A program made the translations under genes and the position numbers. A stretch of 64,000 bases of DNA from Candidatus Dadabacteria bacterium (lineage in GTDB: Bacteria > Desulfobacterota_D > UBA1144 > Nemesobacterales > CSP1-2). The stretch spans positions 256,001 through 320,000 of the forward strand of contig CAWDVW010000007.1 in the NCBI GenBank assembly GCA_963805855.1, in the 5' to 3' direction. Position 1 is the stretch's first letter. Each line of letters opens with the position of its first letter. Of the stretch, positions 32,024 through 40,854 are shown one piece after another. Under the pieces are notes generated by a model. The model was not told the origin of the DNA. It did no database searches and was given only the letters and a program-made list of their open reading frames with translations.

Positions 32024-32049
32024 ATTAGAATTATAACAGCCTTATCTTC

Positions 32050-32550
32050 TTAAATTAATCTGCTGTGTCTACTTATGCCGTAGAACCAATTTGTTGCTGT
32101 ACTAAGGGGCATATCAATATCCAATGAAGATTTTATAGTTGCAGTTAATTTCCAAAGGCCTGGGATAAATATCTGATTACCTCTTCCTTCACTCAGAAAC
32201 AGTGCGTATTCGCTTCTATTAGTTCCTTCAACTCTAAATAAAGGGTCACCCAAAAAAGGGATTTCATCAAACCACCAGAAATTATGCGTTGTTCTAAATC
32301 GGTAAGTAAAAGTTCCGCTTGCTATAATTATTGGTCTGTACACAACTTCAAAAGCACCGCCGTCATCAACTGCCGCTCCATTGCCCCAAAAGTCCAAAGT
32401 CCAGAAAATATTGTATGTTTCCCCTTCTGGAAACCCATCGATTGTTGTATGAATTGCGTTAAATTGTATACTGTCCCCTGGATAGAAATAATTTTTTCTC
32501 GTATTTGAACCTTTTGGACTCGTATAAATATCGATTACACTTGGTCGCAT
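32050..32550 (-). CDS. Hypothetical protein
   Basis: 166-aa ORF with GAGG RBS; no recognised motif. Confidence 0.6.
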   Translation of the reverse strand: MRPSVIDIYTSPKGSNTRKNYFYPGDSIQFNAIHTTIDGFPEGETYNIFWTLDFWGNGAAVDDGGAFEVVYRPIIIASGTFTYRFRTTHNFWWFDEIPFLGDPLFRVEGTNRSEYALFLSEGRGNQIFIPGLWKLTATIKSSLDIDMPLSTATNWFYGISRHSRLI

Positions 32551-32579
32551 TTCTATTCACATCCTCAATCTAATCCTGA

Positions 32580-32777
32580 TTATTTTTTCTTGCCTAATGG
32601 CTTCCACACTCGAGTCCTTCGAGAATCATGTTCAATTATTTCGGATAGGAGTTTCTTATCACAGATTTCTACTTCTTCTTGACCAAAACCTGAATTAGGA
32701 TTGTTTTTGCAGAACTCACTTAAGTCAATAACTTCTTTTAATAGGAATCCTGGCTGCTTATTTTTTTTCTCCTTCAT
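32580..32777 (-). CDS. Small hypothetical protein
   Basis: AGGAGGAG RBS, upstream of and co-oriented with 32050-32550. Confidence 0.5.
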   Translation of the reverse strand: MKEKKNKQPGFLLKEVIDLSEFCKNNPNSGFGQEEVEICDKKLLSEIIEHDSRRTRVWKPLGKKK

Positions 32778-33010
32778 CTATTATTTTATCTCCTCCTAGG
32801 ATGTAGTCTTAGTATTGTCCAGTATAAATCAGGCAATAGTTAAAAGTCAATGCACGTGATTTTCTGAGGTTAGGGTGCCTAAGACACGAATTTATTAGGT
32901 ATGAGCAAAACGGCAAATACGCTATCTTTGGCCAAAGATTAACTAGTAGTGAAAACCCTTGTGATGTTGTCTGTCAGGTGAGACATTACCAAGTACAACT
33001 AGGCTCACCG

Positions 33011-33160
33011 CTGAAGAAATTAATTATCACATTAGTCGTTGCTATTTCACTCGCTATGGGAGGTATTGTTTATAACGCTTCCGCTTGCGGTGGCAAGGAT
33101 AAAGGAGCTACCACGGAAGATACAGGTACCGTTGGCTCGGGCGACCAAGCTGAATCCTGA
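33011..33160 (+). CDS. Small secreted peptide; start codon uncertain or damaged
   Basis: KKLIITLVVAISLAMGGIVYNASA-CGGKDK signal-peptide pattern begins at a CTG; followed by a terminator. Confidence 0.45.
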   Translation: MKKLIITLVVAISLAMGGIVYNASACGGKDKGATTEDTGTVGSGDQAES

Positions 33161-33201
33161 TAAGTGCGTGTACTGAATCAAAAGCAATCCATTCTATTAA
33201 T

Positions 33202-33235
33202 AAAAGCCCTAGATTTTGTGATGCTAGGGCTTTTT
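33202..33235 (+). terminator. Rho-independent terminator (bidirectional-type)
   Basis: AAAAGCCCTAG-loop-CTAGGGCTTTTT. Confidence 0.75.
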
Positions 33236-33494
33236 AGTATTTAGCTATAATAGCCACGATTTCACCAATCAGGGGGTGTGAGATGAGCTAGGAATCTGTC
33301 TATTCCCTGAAGACATAATACCACTTTCCGCACTAAAGTATGGGTGCTAAGCCATAGAAAACCCCAGTAAGCGCACAATTTCTAGGGATTTTTGTAAGAG
33401 GATTTGGGGAACAGCCAGTTGATTTTCGACCCCTCTTAGTTCAAAATCTACTTACAAGGAAGTAGTGAGAAGAGAGAAATAAAGTAAAGGCGTA

Positions 33495-33908
33495 ATGAGA
33501 CATAATTTAACTAAAGCAATTGCTTCGGCTGTAACTTTAATCCTGATATTTGCTTTTCTTGTAAGTTGTGACGATGACGATGGGGAATGTAATTTTGACT
33601 TTGACGATATTCTAAACGGCTCTACGAGACCATCACAGACATCCGAATGGGATTGCGTAGGAGATGGGGAGGTATTTTCTGTTGCTTTCTTTGAGAACGA
33701 AACAGGGTTTGACAGTGATTTGGGGGTCTTTACATGGGAGAAGAACGGTTGTAGGAGTCTAGTCTTCTTTTCAGGTTTTGGCGTGGGAGAAATATTTGAC
33801 CTCCAAGGTTCAATTGATTCAGGCATTATCAGTTTTGCTCAGACTATAGATAGAGATTTTTTTGATGTCGCATGTGAGTTGGATACAACTCCAGAAGATA
33901 CAATCTGA
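33495..33908 (+). CDS. Acidic lipoprotein of unknown function
   Basis: Lipobox LVSC followed by DDDDG; Asp-rich. Confidence 0.7.
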   Translation: MRHNLTKAIASAVTLILIFAFLVSCDDDDGECNFDFDDILNGSTRPSQTSEWDCVGDGEVFSVAFFENETGFDSDLGVFTWEKNGCRSLVFFSGFGVGEIFDLQGSIDSGIISFAQTIDRDFFDVACELDTTPEDTI

Positions 33909-34055
33909 GCCTTCTATATAAGTTCGAGCAATAATCAATAACCTATCTGTTAAGTTTGCAATAAAAGCATACCCTCATATTAGTGATTGGTAATCAAAAA
34001 GCTATCTGAAAATGCCTGTCACGTGAAGTATTGGCAACTACAACCATGCTCACAC

Positions 34056-34513
34056 CTAGAGAATAAGTTTGGGCTTCTCGGCGTTACTAAAGCTTCCTGA
34101 AGTATCCTTCCCTACAGGAACAGCCCCTAGAACTTGGACATATTTTGTTTGGTAACTCTCTGCTCCCAAGCCAATAGGCATTCCGCCTTTTAGATAGGTG
34201 TTCTTACTATGAGGAGGAATTGTGATGGGAAGGACAGCAGTGGTACTGCTTACTTGTTGGCCAGCGTTCTTATATGAAGTGGAGTAGTAGTTGAGTTTTA
34301 TTACAATGTCTTTATAAGCTATGTCTGCTGTATTCTCAATCGTAACATTACTTATCATAGCTACCCGCAAGCAACAAAATAAGACCAGTCAGTAACTTTA
34401 ATGTACCACTCGGGATGTTGTTTCATTGAAATGGTGGGGGCTGATTCTTGAGCTTTGGCAAGCGGAGAAAATAGGACTAGTAAGATAAATAATTGCGTGA
34501 CTATGTATTTCAT
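34056..34513 (-). pseudogene. Secreted protein, frameshifted
   Basis: Signal peptide MKYIVTQLFILLVLFSPLAKAQ...DWSYFVA joins RVAMISNVTIENT... if one base is restored near 34368. Confidence 0.7.
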
Positions 34514-34711
34514 ATTTGCGTTCTCAAATCTGATATACTTATGATTAGTATTATACACTAGCCCAGACAACGTCTTTAATGCTTATCGACTTTATTCTTT
34601 CTAACTCCATTAGATTTTTGAATGATTTAGTATTATATTTCGACAAAGCTTTTAGTGGGGAGAGGCATATGGAAGCTTACAATTTAAGATTTGAAAAGTA
34701 TAATTTTGTTT

Positions 34712-35056
34712 ATGTATACCATCAACCGCTCAATCGCAATAATAAAACCAAGGCAACCGTTTGTTGATTGGGCAAATCAATTGCCCGATGCCGATTGGAA
34801 AGTCTCTTTGGAAAATTTCAAGACTGATTGTCTCGCCATCTTAATACCTGAGTATGATACAGATGAAGAGGCTAGAGGATACATTAATGAGATATATGAA
34901 GATATTTTTATCGAAGAACTTTTCGGATGGTGTACTGAAGAGTCATGGTTTCCACAGGATAGGACTGATGAAATGTTCTGGCGATGGTTTGAGGTAGAGT
35001 TGCATTCAATTGTTATGGATACATCTACGGAACCAATATATAAAGAGGAATTGTAA
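34712..35056 (+). CDS. Conserved acidic hypothetical protein
   Basis: INRS.AIIKP.QPF.DWAN ... IF.EEL.GW..EESWFP.DRT..MF..WF pattern. Confidence 0.7.
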   Translation: MYTINRSIAIIKPRQPFVDWANQLPDADWKVSLENFKTDCLAILIPEYDTDEEARGYINEIYEDIFIEELFGWCTEESWFPQDRTDEMFWRWFEVELHSIVMDTSTEPIYKEEL

Positions 35057-35176
35057 ACATCATTTTGGAGTGTCCCCCTTTTGTCGAGTTCGGTTTAAAG
35101 TGGATTATAAAGAATCTAGCCAAGTCGATTCGAGATGATGGCAAACTCTAATGTGTATTAAACAACCCTCGCCGAA

Positions 35177-35365
35177 TTATTTCTTCTCTTCCAATATAAA
35201 TGCCACAGTCTGGAGTTTTATTTTCCCGATCTCAAAAATGAACGTGTCACTTGCGAAGGGGATTTTCTACCCATCTGATTCCGCATTCCAGAAAAGATAG
35301 GCGATATTGCCTTCCACCACCTTCTCTACGAGCTCAAAGTCTGAGCCCTGAGGGAGTATATTTTG
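35177..35365 (-). pseudogene. NTF2/SnoaL-like protein C-terminal remnant
   Basis: Manual translation: ILPQGSDFELVEKVVEGNIAYLFWNAESDG*KIPFASDTFIFEIG/KIKLQTVAF (one stop, one frameshift). Confidence 0.55.
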
Positions 35366-35468
35366 GGTCAGTAACTAGTTATTCAAAACACAGCGGCGAA
35401 GAGGAGCAAAAACAAAAATAATTCATTTATTCATGCCTGACCCCGGAGTTTATTTTCCTGTGATCATT

Positions 35469-35933
35469 TTACACAGAAAATCCAACTCTTCCGTAACAGC
35501 TATTACCAAATCTGTCTTTGTGAGGATTTAGCTTGGTAGTATACTTCTTTCTCCTAAACCTCTTTCCGCAATATCTGCATTCTATTTGATAGTCGCTTAT
35601 AGAATCCCTAAATGTAGTTCCTCTACGTCTTCGTTGACTCTCAAAACGAGAGACAGTTTCAGATCCCCCGGCTTTTGCTATCTCTACTCTGTAACGTGGG
35701 CTAAAGGACTGCTCCGTGTTTTCGATCTCTTGAACCTTTTCAGATACAAATAATTTCAATCCTGCTCCCGAAACCCCTCCAACTGTGTCATACGCATAAA
35801 GGTATTCCTTCGCTACACCATCTTTACGAACCTTGAAAACCAACTCATAAGGTTCAACTAATCGCTCAACACCACTGTATTTTAGTTTGAGAACTGTAAG
35901 TGAATCGGCAGCCTTGAGAATCGGATTTCTCAA
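35469..35933 (-). CDS. WYL-like domain plus C-terminal Zn finger (likely 3' half of the AbiEii gene)
   Basis: LKLKY.G.ERLVEPY.L ... EYLYAYD ... LKLF..EKVQ.IE.TEQSF.PRY; CRYC...H.....C. Confidence 0.7.
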   Translation of the reverse strand: MRNPILKAADSLTVLKLKYSGVERLVEPYELVFKVRKDGVAKEYLYAYDTVGGVSGAGLKLFVSEKVQEIENTEQSFSPRYRVEIAKAGGSETVSRFESQRRRRGTTFRDSISDYQIECRYCGKRFRRKKYTTKLNPHKDRFGNSCYGRVGFSV

Positions 35934-36817
35934 TGCAGAAGGGAAGAACCTTCGATTAAATTCACGTGTGGGATTTCTCCCGGTATCAACTCATCAACCA
36001 GTTTAAGAAAACTTGCTTTTGCTTTCTTGAAGTCAAAAAATGTTGATACCGGACATGAAATGTGTTTTGTCCAAAAGTGGCTCAGTGTCTCCAACGGTAA
36101 GTCGATAAAAAGTCCTTTCGCTACCGACGGATTGGAACCAAAGATCGTTATCCGAAAAAATGTTGATATCAAGGCCATTCTATCAATGTATAGGGCTGGC
36201 TCAACGATTGTAGCATATACTAGGTCGAAAAGGTCTCCGATGTGCTTTCTTTGCAATAGGCATCGCATTTTCGTAGCGTATATCTCTTCAAGCTGAACGC
36301 ACCGAATAGTAGAAGCACAATCGTCTGAATCTGAGTATGGATGAATGAGTTTTCTTTCTTGCACCGGAAGATACAAGCGGTCGAACTGTGTGACATCAAG
36401 CCGTACTCCTATAATAATTTCGCTCTCCGCTCCATAAAAATTTCTGAAATATAGTCGTGCTTCGGAAATATCCTTTTCTGAATCAGCAAGCTTTTTCTTA
36501 TCGACTCTTGTTTTAGATGTGTCAAAGTAAACTCCAGATCGCTTATGGATGCCTTCGCAAACAGTGTTTAGTTCCCTGCCTAATTCCTCGTGCGATATCC
36601 CTTGTGAAGTACTAAAATCTAAGTCTCTTGAGTATCGAGAGTTTTCAAAGTAGGCTTTGCGAAGAGCATTGCATCCTTTTAGAACCACCCTGTTCGCAAG
36701 ATTGCTCGATTGATAGAGTAGAGATAGCAACCAGCCATGTACGTAATCTCTTTGTACATGAGATGGATGGACGCGTAACATCCCCGCCATCCTATCGATT
36801 TCAGATTGATTAATCAT
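35930..36817 (-). CDS. AbiEii/AbiGii-family nucleotidyltransferase domain
   Basis: VQRDYVHGWLL, LKGCNALRKAYF..SRYSRDLDF, LEEIYATKMR.LLQR....DLFDL. Confidence 0.85.
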   Translation of the reverse strand: MINQSEIDRMAGMLRVHPSHVQRDYVHGWLLSLLYQSSNLANRVVLKGCNALRKAYFENSRYSRDLDFSTSQGISHEELGRELNTVCEGIHKRSGVYFDTSKTRVDKKKLADSEKDISEARLYFRNFYGAESEIIIGVRLDVTQFDRLYLPVQERKLIHPYSDSDDCASTIRCVQLEEIYATKMRCLLQRKHIGDLFDLVYATIVEPALYIDRMALISTFFRITIFGSNPSVAKGLFIDLPLETLSHFWTKHISCPVSTFFDFKKAKASFLKLVDELIPGEIPHVNLIEGSSLLH

Positions 36818-37033
36818 CCAATGATTTTAAATAACTAAGCTACCTAATGATACGGAAATATTTATTACAACAAGCCGTAAGTAACCTATAAAAACTATTT
36901 TTATTCTACCCAAATCAAGTAACATTTCAGAAATAGTCACATTTAATAAATTCTACAGTACCAGAGACATTTCTTTTACAACTGATAGACATTTGGGTAA
37001 AGCTTGCAACTTCTTTTCTAAAAAATTCTCGGG

Positions 37034-37790
37034 TTAAAGGGGACGCAACCCTTTAAGCGACCTTGGTTTTCGCCCTTTGGCGTCCTTGCGGTCTGTATCG
37101 TAATATTCGCCCTGCCATCCTCTCTAATTTCTGAATAAAATCATCCGTACCACAGGGCAATCCTTTCTTTATGTTTCTCCTCAATACTTCCACTTTCTGT
37201 AAATCATCACCCTCAGTTAACCAGCTACTCCAGTTCTCAATCCCACTCAAACTCCTCTAACCACCTCGAACTCTGGCTAATATACTTATCTTCCTTTAAC
37301 TTACAATGACCTGCCGCACTTGACCATTTGTAGTCCTGAGCGCTTCTAACGATTCCCGCTCTCACGGGATTGCGCTCGACGTAACGGACTGCTGTCCAGG
37401 TATACGATTCATCCAGCGGACTTGAGAAAAAACGCCCTTGCCATAAGATGTCCATCCCATCCGCGCTCGCGATTAATTCTCTGCGCATATCTCATATGAA
37501 GTGGTCTTAAGACCCTATGTAGACTTTCTTCTTTCAACGGAACCGCGACTAAGTGTACATGATTGGTCATTAGACAATAGGCTAGGATTTCAATTTTATG
37601 CTTGTCACCGTACTCTTTAAGCCAAGCGAGATAGCAGATGCGATCCTCGTCATTAAAAAAGACAGTCTCACGCCTGTTTCCGCGTTGAGTGATATGGTGT
37701 GGTAAGTCAGCAAATACGGTTCTTGCAACCCTAGGCATTTACATAAAGTTTAGCACCATAAATACCCTTAAAGGGTTGCGTCCCCTTTAA
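37034..37790. mobile_element. RAYT gene flanked by perfect 24-bp inverted repeats
   Basis: TTAAAGGGGACGCAACCCTTTAAG (37034-37057) and its exact reverse complement (37767-37790); each is itself a hairpin. Confidence 0.8.
37053..37738 (-). pseudogene. REP-associated tyrosine transposase (Y1/HUH), two frameshifts
   Basis: MPRVAR...HHITQRGNRR..VF, YCLMTNHVHL, GHL/WQGRFFS, RYVERNPVRAG..YKWSS; frame breaks near 37445 and 37245. Confidence 0.9.
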
Positions 37791-38208
37791 ACCTAGCATA
37801 TCAGAACAAGTGAAACGTATTTCCTTTTTGAAAACTGACTGATTGACAAGCAATACAAATTTATGATAGAGTAAGGGTTAGAGAGGAAGGGGTGGGTAAT
37901 AGGGGAATGTGCCGGGTGAGACGAAAGATTAAGTACCGAAGTTTGGTAACTTTCCAAGACAAAACACCTACTGCTGGGCCAGCCCTTCTATATCCCATAA
38001 GGCTCAAATTATATTTCGAAATTGACCTATCAAATATACTGAAACGTAGGGTGATATCCTATGATTGTATCAAATCCAATTTTATAGAGAATGGTCTTCA
38101 AGTTAAGGGTGTCATAGCCAGAAACACTAATTTGAAAGTAGAGAACATAGACGCACGTTTCCGGCAGGTACCTTCATTTTGACGATTACTAAACAATAGG
38201 AGGAAATT

Positions 38209-39130
38209 ATGAAATATATTTTAATACTTATAAGCGCATTGTTTGTATTTATGATTTTCACTAAAAATTCTTATAGTCAATGTGCGAGTGATGCCGATTG
38301 TGATGATGGCGCTTTTTGTGATGGAATGGAGTTATGCCTTTTAAACATTTGTAGTCCAGGTACCGATCCCGTCTTCCTGGACAAGTCTGTAATGGAGTTA
38401 TGCCTTTTAAACATTTGTAGTCCAGGTACCGATCCCTGTCTTCCTGGACAAGTCTGTGACGATGTAGCTGATATATGTTTTACTCCTTGTCATGATAACG
38501 ATGGTGATGGATTTGAGGATTCGGCCTGCGGAGGTGTCGACTGTGACGATAGTGATGGTGATAGATTTCCTGGGAACCCTGAAGTTTGCGACCCAGAAGA
38601 TCATGATGAAGATTGTGATCCTTCGACATTTGGGGAGAGAGACACTGATGGTGATGGCTTTTTTGATGCAACATGTTGTAATGATGATGGTACCGGTGCT
38701 ACTAATTGTGGTAATGATTGCGATGACTCAAGGGCTAGCACACATCCAATAGCAAATGATGTATGTAATGGTTTAGATGATGATTGTGATGGTAATATAG
38801 ATGATGAGACAACCGTTAGTCAGTATGTCGATTCAGACATGGACGGCTACGGTGATCCTAGTTCACTACCACAATTTATATGTCCAGACACAGCGGGATA
38901 CTCACCTCTTGATAATGACTGTGATGATACAAACCCGGCGATAACGCCCTGGCACTTTTATATGTCATCCAAATGAGAATGGACAAGGCGGACCTTTTGG
39001 TAATAATGGTGTTTTGAAATGTAATTCAGAAGGAATATTTGAACCATCTGTGTGTCCCGAGGAAAAAAGTGTTTGTGTTACGCAACCTAATAGTACTGGA
39101 GTTTGTCAAGTTAAGAATATAAATAATTAG
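38209..39130 (+). pseudogene. Secreted Cys/Asp-rich protein with putative metal-binding (MopE-like) repeats; frameshift near the 3' end
   Basis: AGGAGG RBS, signal peptide, repeats D.DGDG...DCDD...PG..EVC...DEDCD; removing one base near 38946 extends the ORF as PGTFICHP...VCQVKNINN* to 39130. Confidence 0.75.
38325..38457 (+). repeat. Tandem duplication (66 + 67 bp)
   Basis: 38325-38390 and 38391-38457 are identical except for one T missing in the first copy. Confidence 0.9.
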
Positions 39131-39142
39131 AAATAAATTAAA

Positions 39143-39162
39143 GGGGAGATTAATTTCTCCCC
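39143..39162. terminator. Hairpin / probable terminator
   Basis: GGGGAGA-TTAATT-TCTCCCC just after the stop at 39130. Confidence 0.5.
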
Positions 39163-39339
39163 CATTAAAACGAAAACCCCTTTACAGGGTCAATGCCCAA
39201 AATCCCCACAGCAATGACCTCATGTATACCCTTTCCAATGTCTGTGTGAACAATGAGACACTAGTACAATAACACCGCACTGGCTGTGGTCTGTGCATTG
39301 GTTTACATTGTCAGTGTCATAGGGCTATGTTACAAAGGT

Positions 39340-39370
39340 AAAAAAAGCACTGACATTGTGATCAGTGCTT
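39340..39370 (-). terminator. Rho-independent terminator (minus strand)
   Basis: AAGCACTGA-loop-TCAGTGCTT with a T-run on the minus strand. Confidence 0.55.
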
Positions 39371-39417
39371 GGTGGCTAATGTGTGTCATTAATTACTCTT
39401 TAATACAATCAGCCAAC

Positions 39418-39546
39418 TCAGAAATGAGTTGAGCGGAAATCCCAGACATCTGATGAAGCAGGGTACTTTGACCTTTTGAGGCAGAGCCAACGATATGCGT
39501 CTTTAAAGAGATGATCCAGGCGGGAGTTTGAAATGATGTTACTCAT
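39418..39546 (-). pseudogene. Probable N-terminal remnant of a bacterial reverse transcriptase
   Basis: MSNIISNSRLDHLFKDAYRWLCLKRSKYPASSDVWDFRSTHF*; resembles the AY.WLC..R..YP..ADVW..R start I recall from an RT family. Confidence 0.5.
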
Positions 39547-39761
39547 CAGGGTTAGTCTGTTGGTTGTGAGTGCGTCTTGAGGGAGATTTGGCAGTCATGT
39601 CGATGTGGTGGCTATAGAGAGAGCCGTGTAAAAAATCCAAAGGTGTTACTAATCCTATAAATCCTCTGTAGCTGTCAGTACATAATGAGCTTCCAAACTC
39701 TGAAACTAGATGCCCTGTTTCAACTAGATTGCTGTAGAAATAAATTATCTCTTTTTTCAAA

Positions 39762-39830
39762 AGATGTAAATGTATGTCTTAAATCATGGAATCTGCAATA
39801 TTCTATACCAGTTGTTTTAAGGCATTATCA
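39762..39830 (-). pseudogene. Second tyrosine-integrase relic (box II)
   Basis: Minus strand reads GIEYCRFHDLRHTFTS. Confidence 0.7.
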
Positions 39831-39903
39831 CTATAAAAATTGCAATTTCAGGTGGTTAGGATATGTCATTTTTTGTACGAAATATTTCCAGAAAAAGCCC
39901 TGA

Positions 39904-39957
39904 GGGGCAGTGCCCGAAAGGGCGTGCGGGTTCGACTCCCGCCTTCGGCACCATTTG
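39904..39957 (+). repeat. att site: duplicated 3' half of tRNA-Leu
   Basis: GGGGCAGTGCCCGAAAGGGCGTGCGGGTTCGACTCCCGCCTTCGGCACCATTTG, identical to 31651-31704. Confidence 0.95.
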
Positions 39958-39970
39958 GATATTATCCGTG

Positions 39971-40251
39971 TCACTGAGATTGTAATGAGCTGTATGTTTC
40001 GACATTTTGGTCGTAGGTCGTCTTATAAGTTTTCACATCTGGATTCATCTTCGGGATTTTTTTTAAGGCAATTCTCATAATCCCTCCTCGATTTTTCCAC
40101 ACTTTCTCGTGCATCGAGTAACTTCTGTCTTCTTTGTGACGAATCCAATGGTTTATCAACAAGCATCTCCTTACCTGTAGGATCCGTAATATCCACAACC
40201 TGCGAGAGGGATAATGATGATCGAGATCACAATTAATACTAGCCTTATCAA
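39971..40251 (-). pseudogene. Small lipoprotein, frameshifted
   Basis: AGGAG RBS, MIRLVLIVISIIIIPLAGC lipobox, then two frame changes (...DYENCLKKNPEDESRCEN / YKTTYDQNV). Confidence 0.5.
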
Positions 40252-40335
40252 TTGATTACTCCTGTTATGCTCGTAGTCTATATATACTAAATTCAGATCC
40301 TTTTCCAGCAAACGATTATTATTACTTTGCTTGAT

Positions 40336-40683
40336 TTATTTACGTTTTATCGGAAGATTCTTCGAATCGCGGTACCGGAATTCTGAACCAAATCTTTTTA
40401 TCATATCCGCAATCTCTTTGTTGTTTGTTGCTCGTAGATAGGTCTCGGCCAATCCGATAATTGTTTGGAAGTAATGAATATTAATCTCTTCTACGGTCAT
40501 TTCTTTGGTCCAGAGATCGATGCTTAAACTATTTTTTCTTTCGTGGTCCCAGATCGATACAAGCATCGCGCTGCAAGCTTTTGGCCCCTCTATATCAGAA
40601 TCCGTTGCATCCCAGTGAATTGACTCAGGGATGTTTTCTTCGTCTAACCGGACCTTGAATATTATCTCAGCTTCTTTTGACAT
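40336..40683 (-). CDS. gldC: GldC-family protein
   Basis: I.F.V.LDEENIPE.I.W.ATD, AML.S.WD...K.SL.IDLWTKEM.VEE...YFQT...LAETY.RAT. Confidence 0.8.
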   Translation of the reverse strand: MSKEAEIIFKVRLDEENIPESIHWDATDSDIEGPKACSAMLVSIWDHERKNSLSIDLWTKEMTVEEINIHYFQTIIGLAETYLRATNNKEIADMIKRFGSEFRYRDSKNLPIKRK

Positions 40684-40854
40684 TTCTGACCTTTTACATG
40701 AATATTTAAAATTAGTATTTAACATAAACTATAATTGTACTTTTTGAAACACAAAACATTATTGTTGGAATACGGAATTCTATTGGATTTGCAATTCTGC
40801 TCGTCAATAAATCCCTGCGGTGTATCTATAATCTATTGATATAAAGAGTAGGAC

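Larger units (their letters stand above)
31651..39957. mobile_element. Degenerate genomic island integrated at tRNA-Leu
   Basis: 54-bp exact direct repeat at 31651-31704 and 39904-39957; integrase relics, pseudogenes and accessory cargo between them. Confidence 0.88.

Noticed and set aside
32860-32960. c-di-GMP-type riboswitch (GGCAAA motif)
   Set aside because: Lacks the paired stems and second conserved motif
35933-35990. Programmed -1 frameshift joining AbiEii and WYL halves
   Set aside because: No canonical X XXY YYZ slippery heptamer in the overlap, and neighbouring genes are also frameshifted, so decay is the simpler explanation
37892-38182. 96-aa ORF upstream of the Cys-rich gene
   Set aside because: No recognisable motif or protein-like pattern; cannot be supported
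9919-39546. Diversity-generating retroelement (Avd-like four-helix bundle plus RT)
   Set aside because: The two are 29 kb apart, the RT is only a 42-aa remnant, and no TR/VR pair with adenine-specific mismatches was seen
39901-39953. Second tRNA-Leu gene
   Set aside because: Only the 3' half is present, with no D arm or 5' acceptor strand; it is the att repeat
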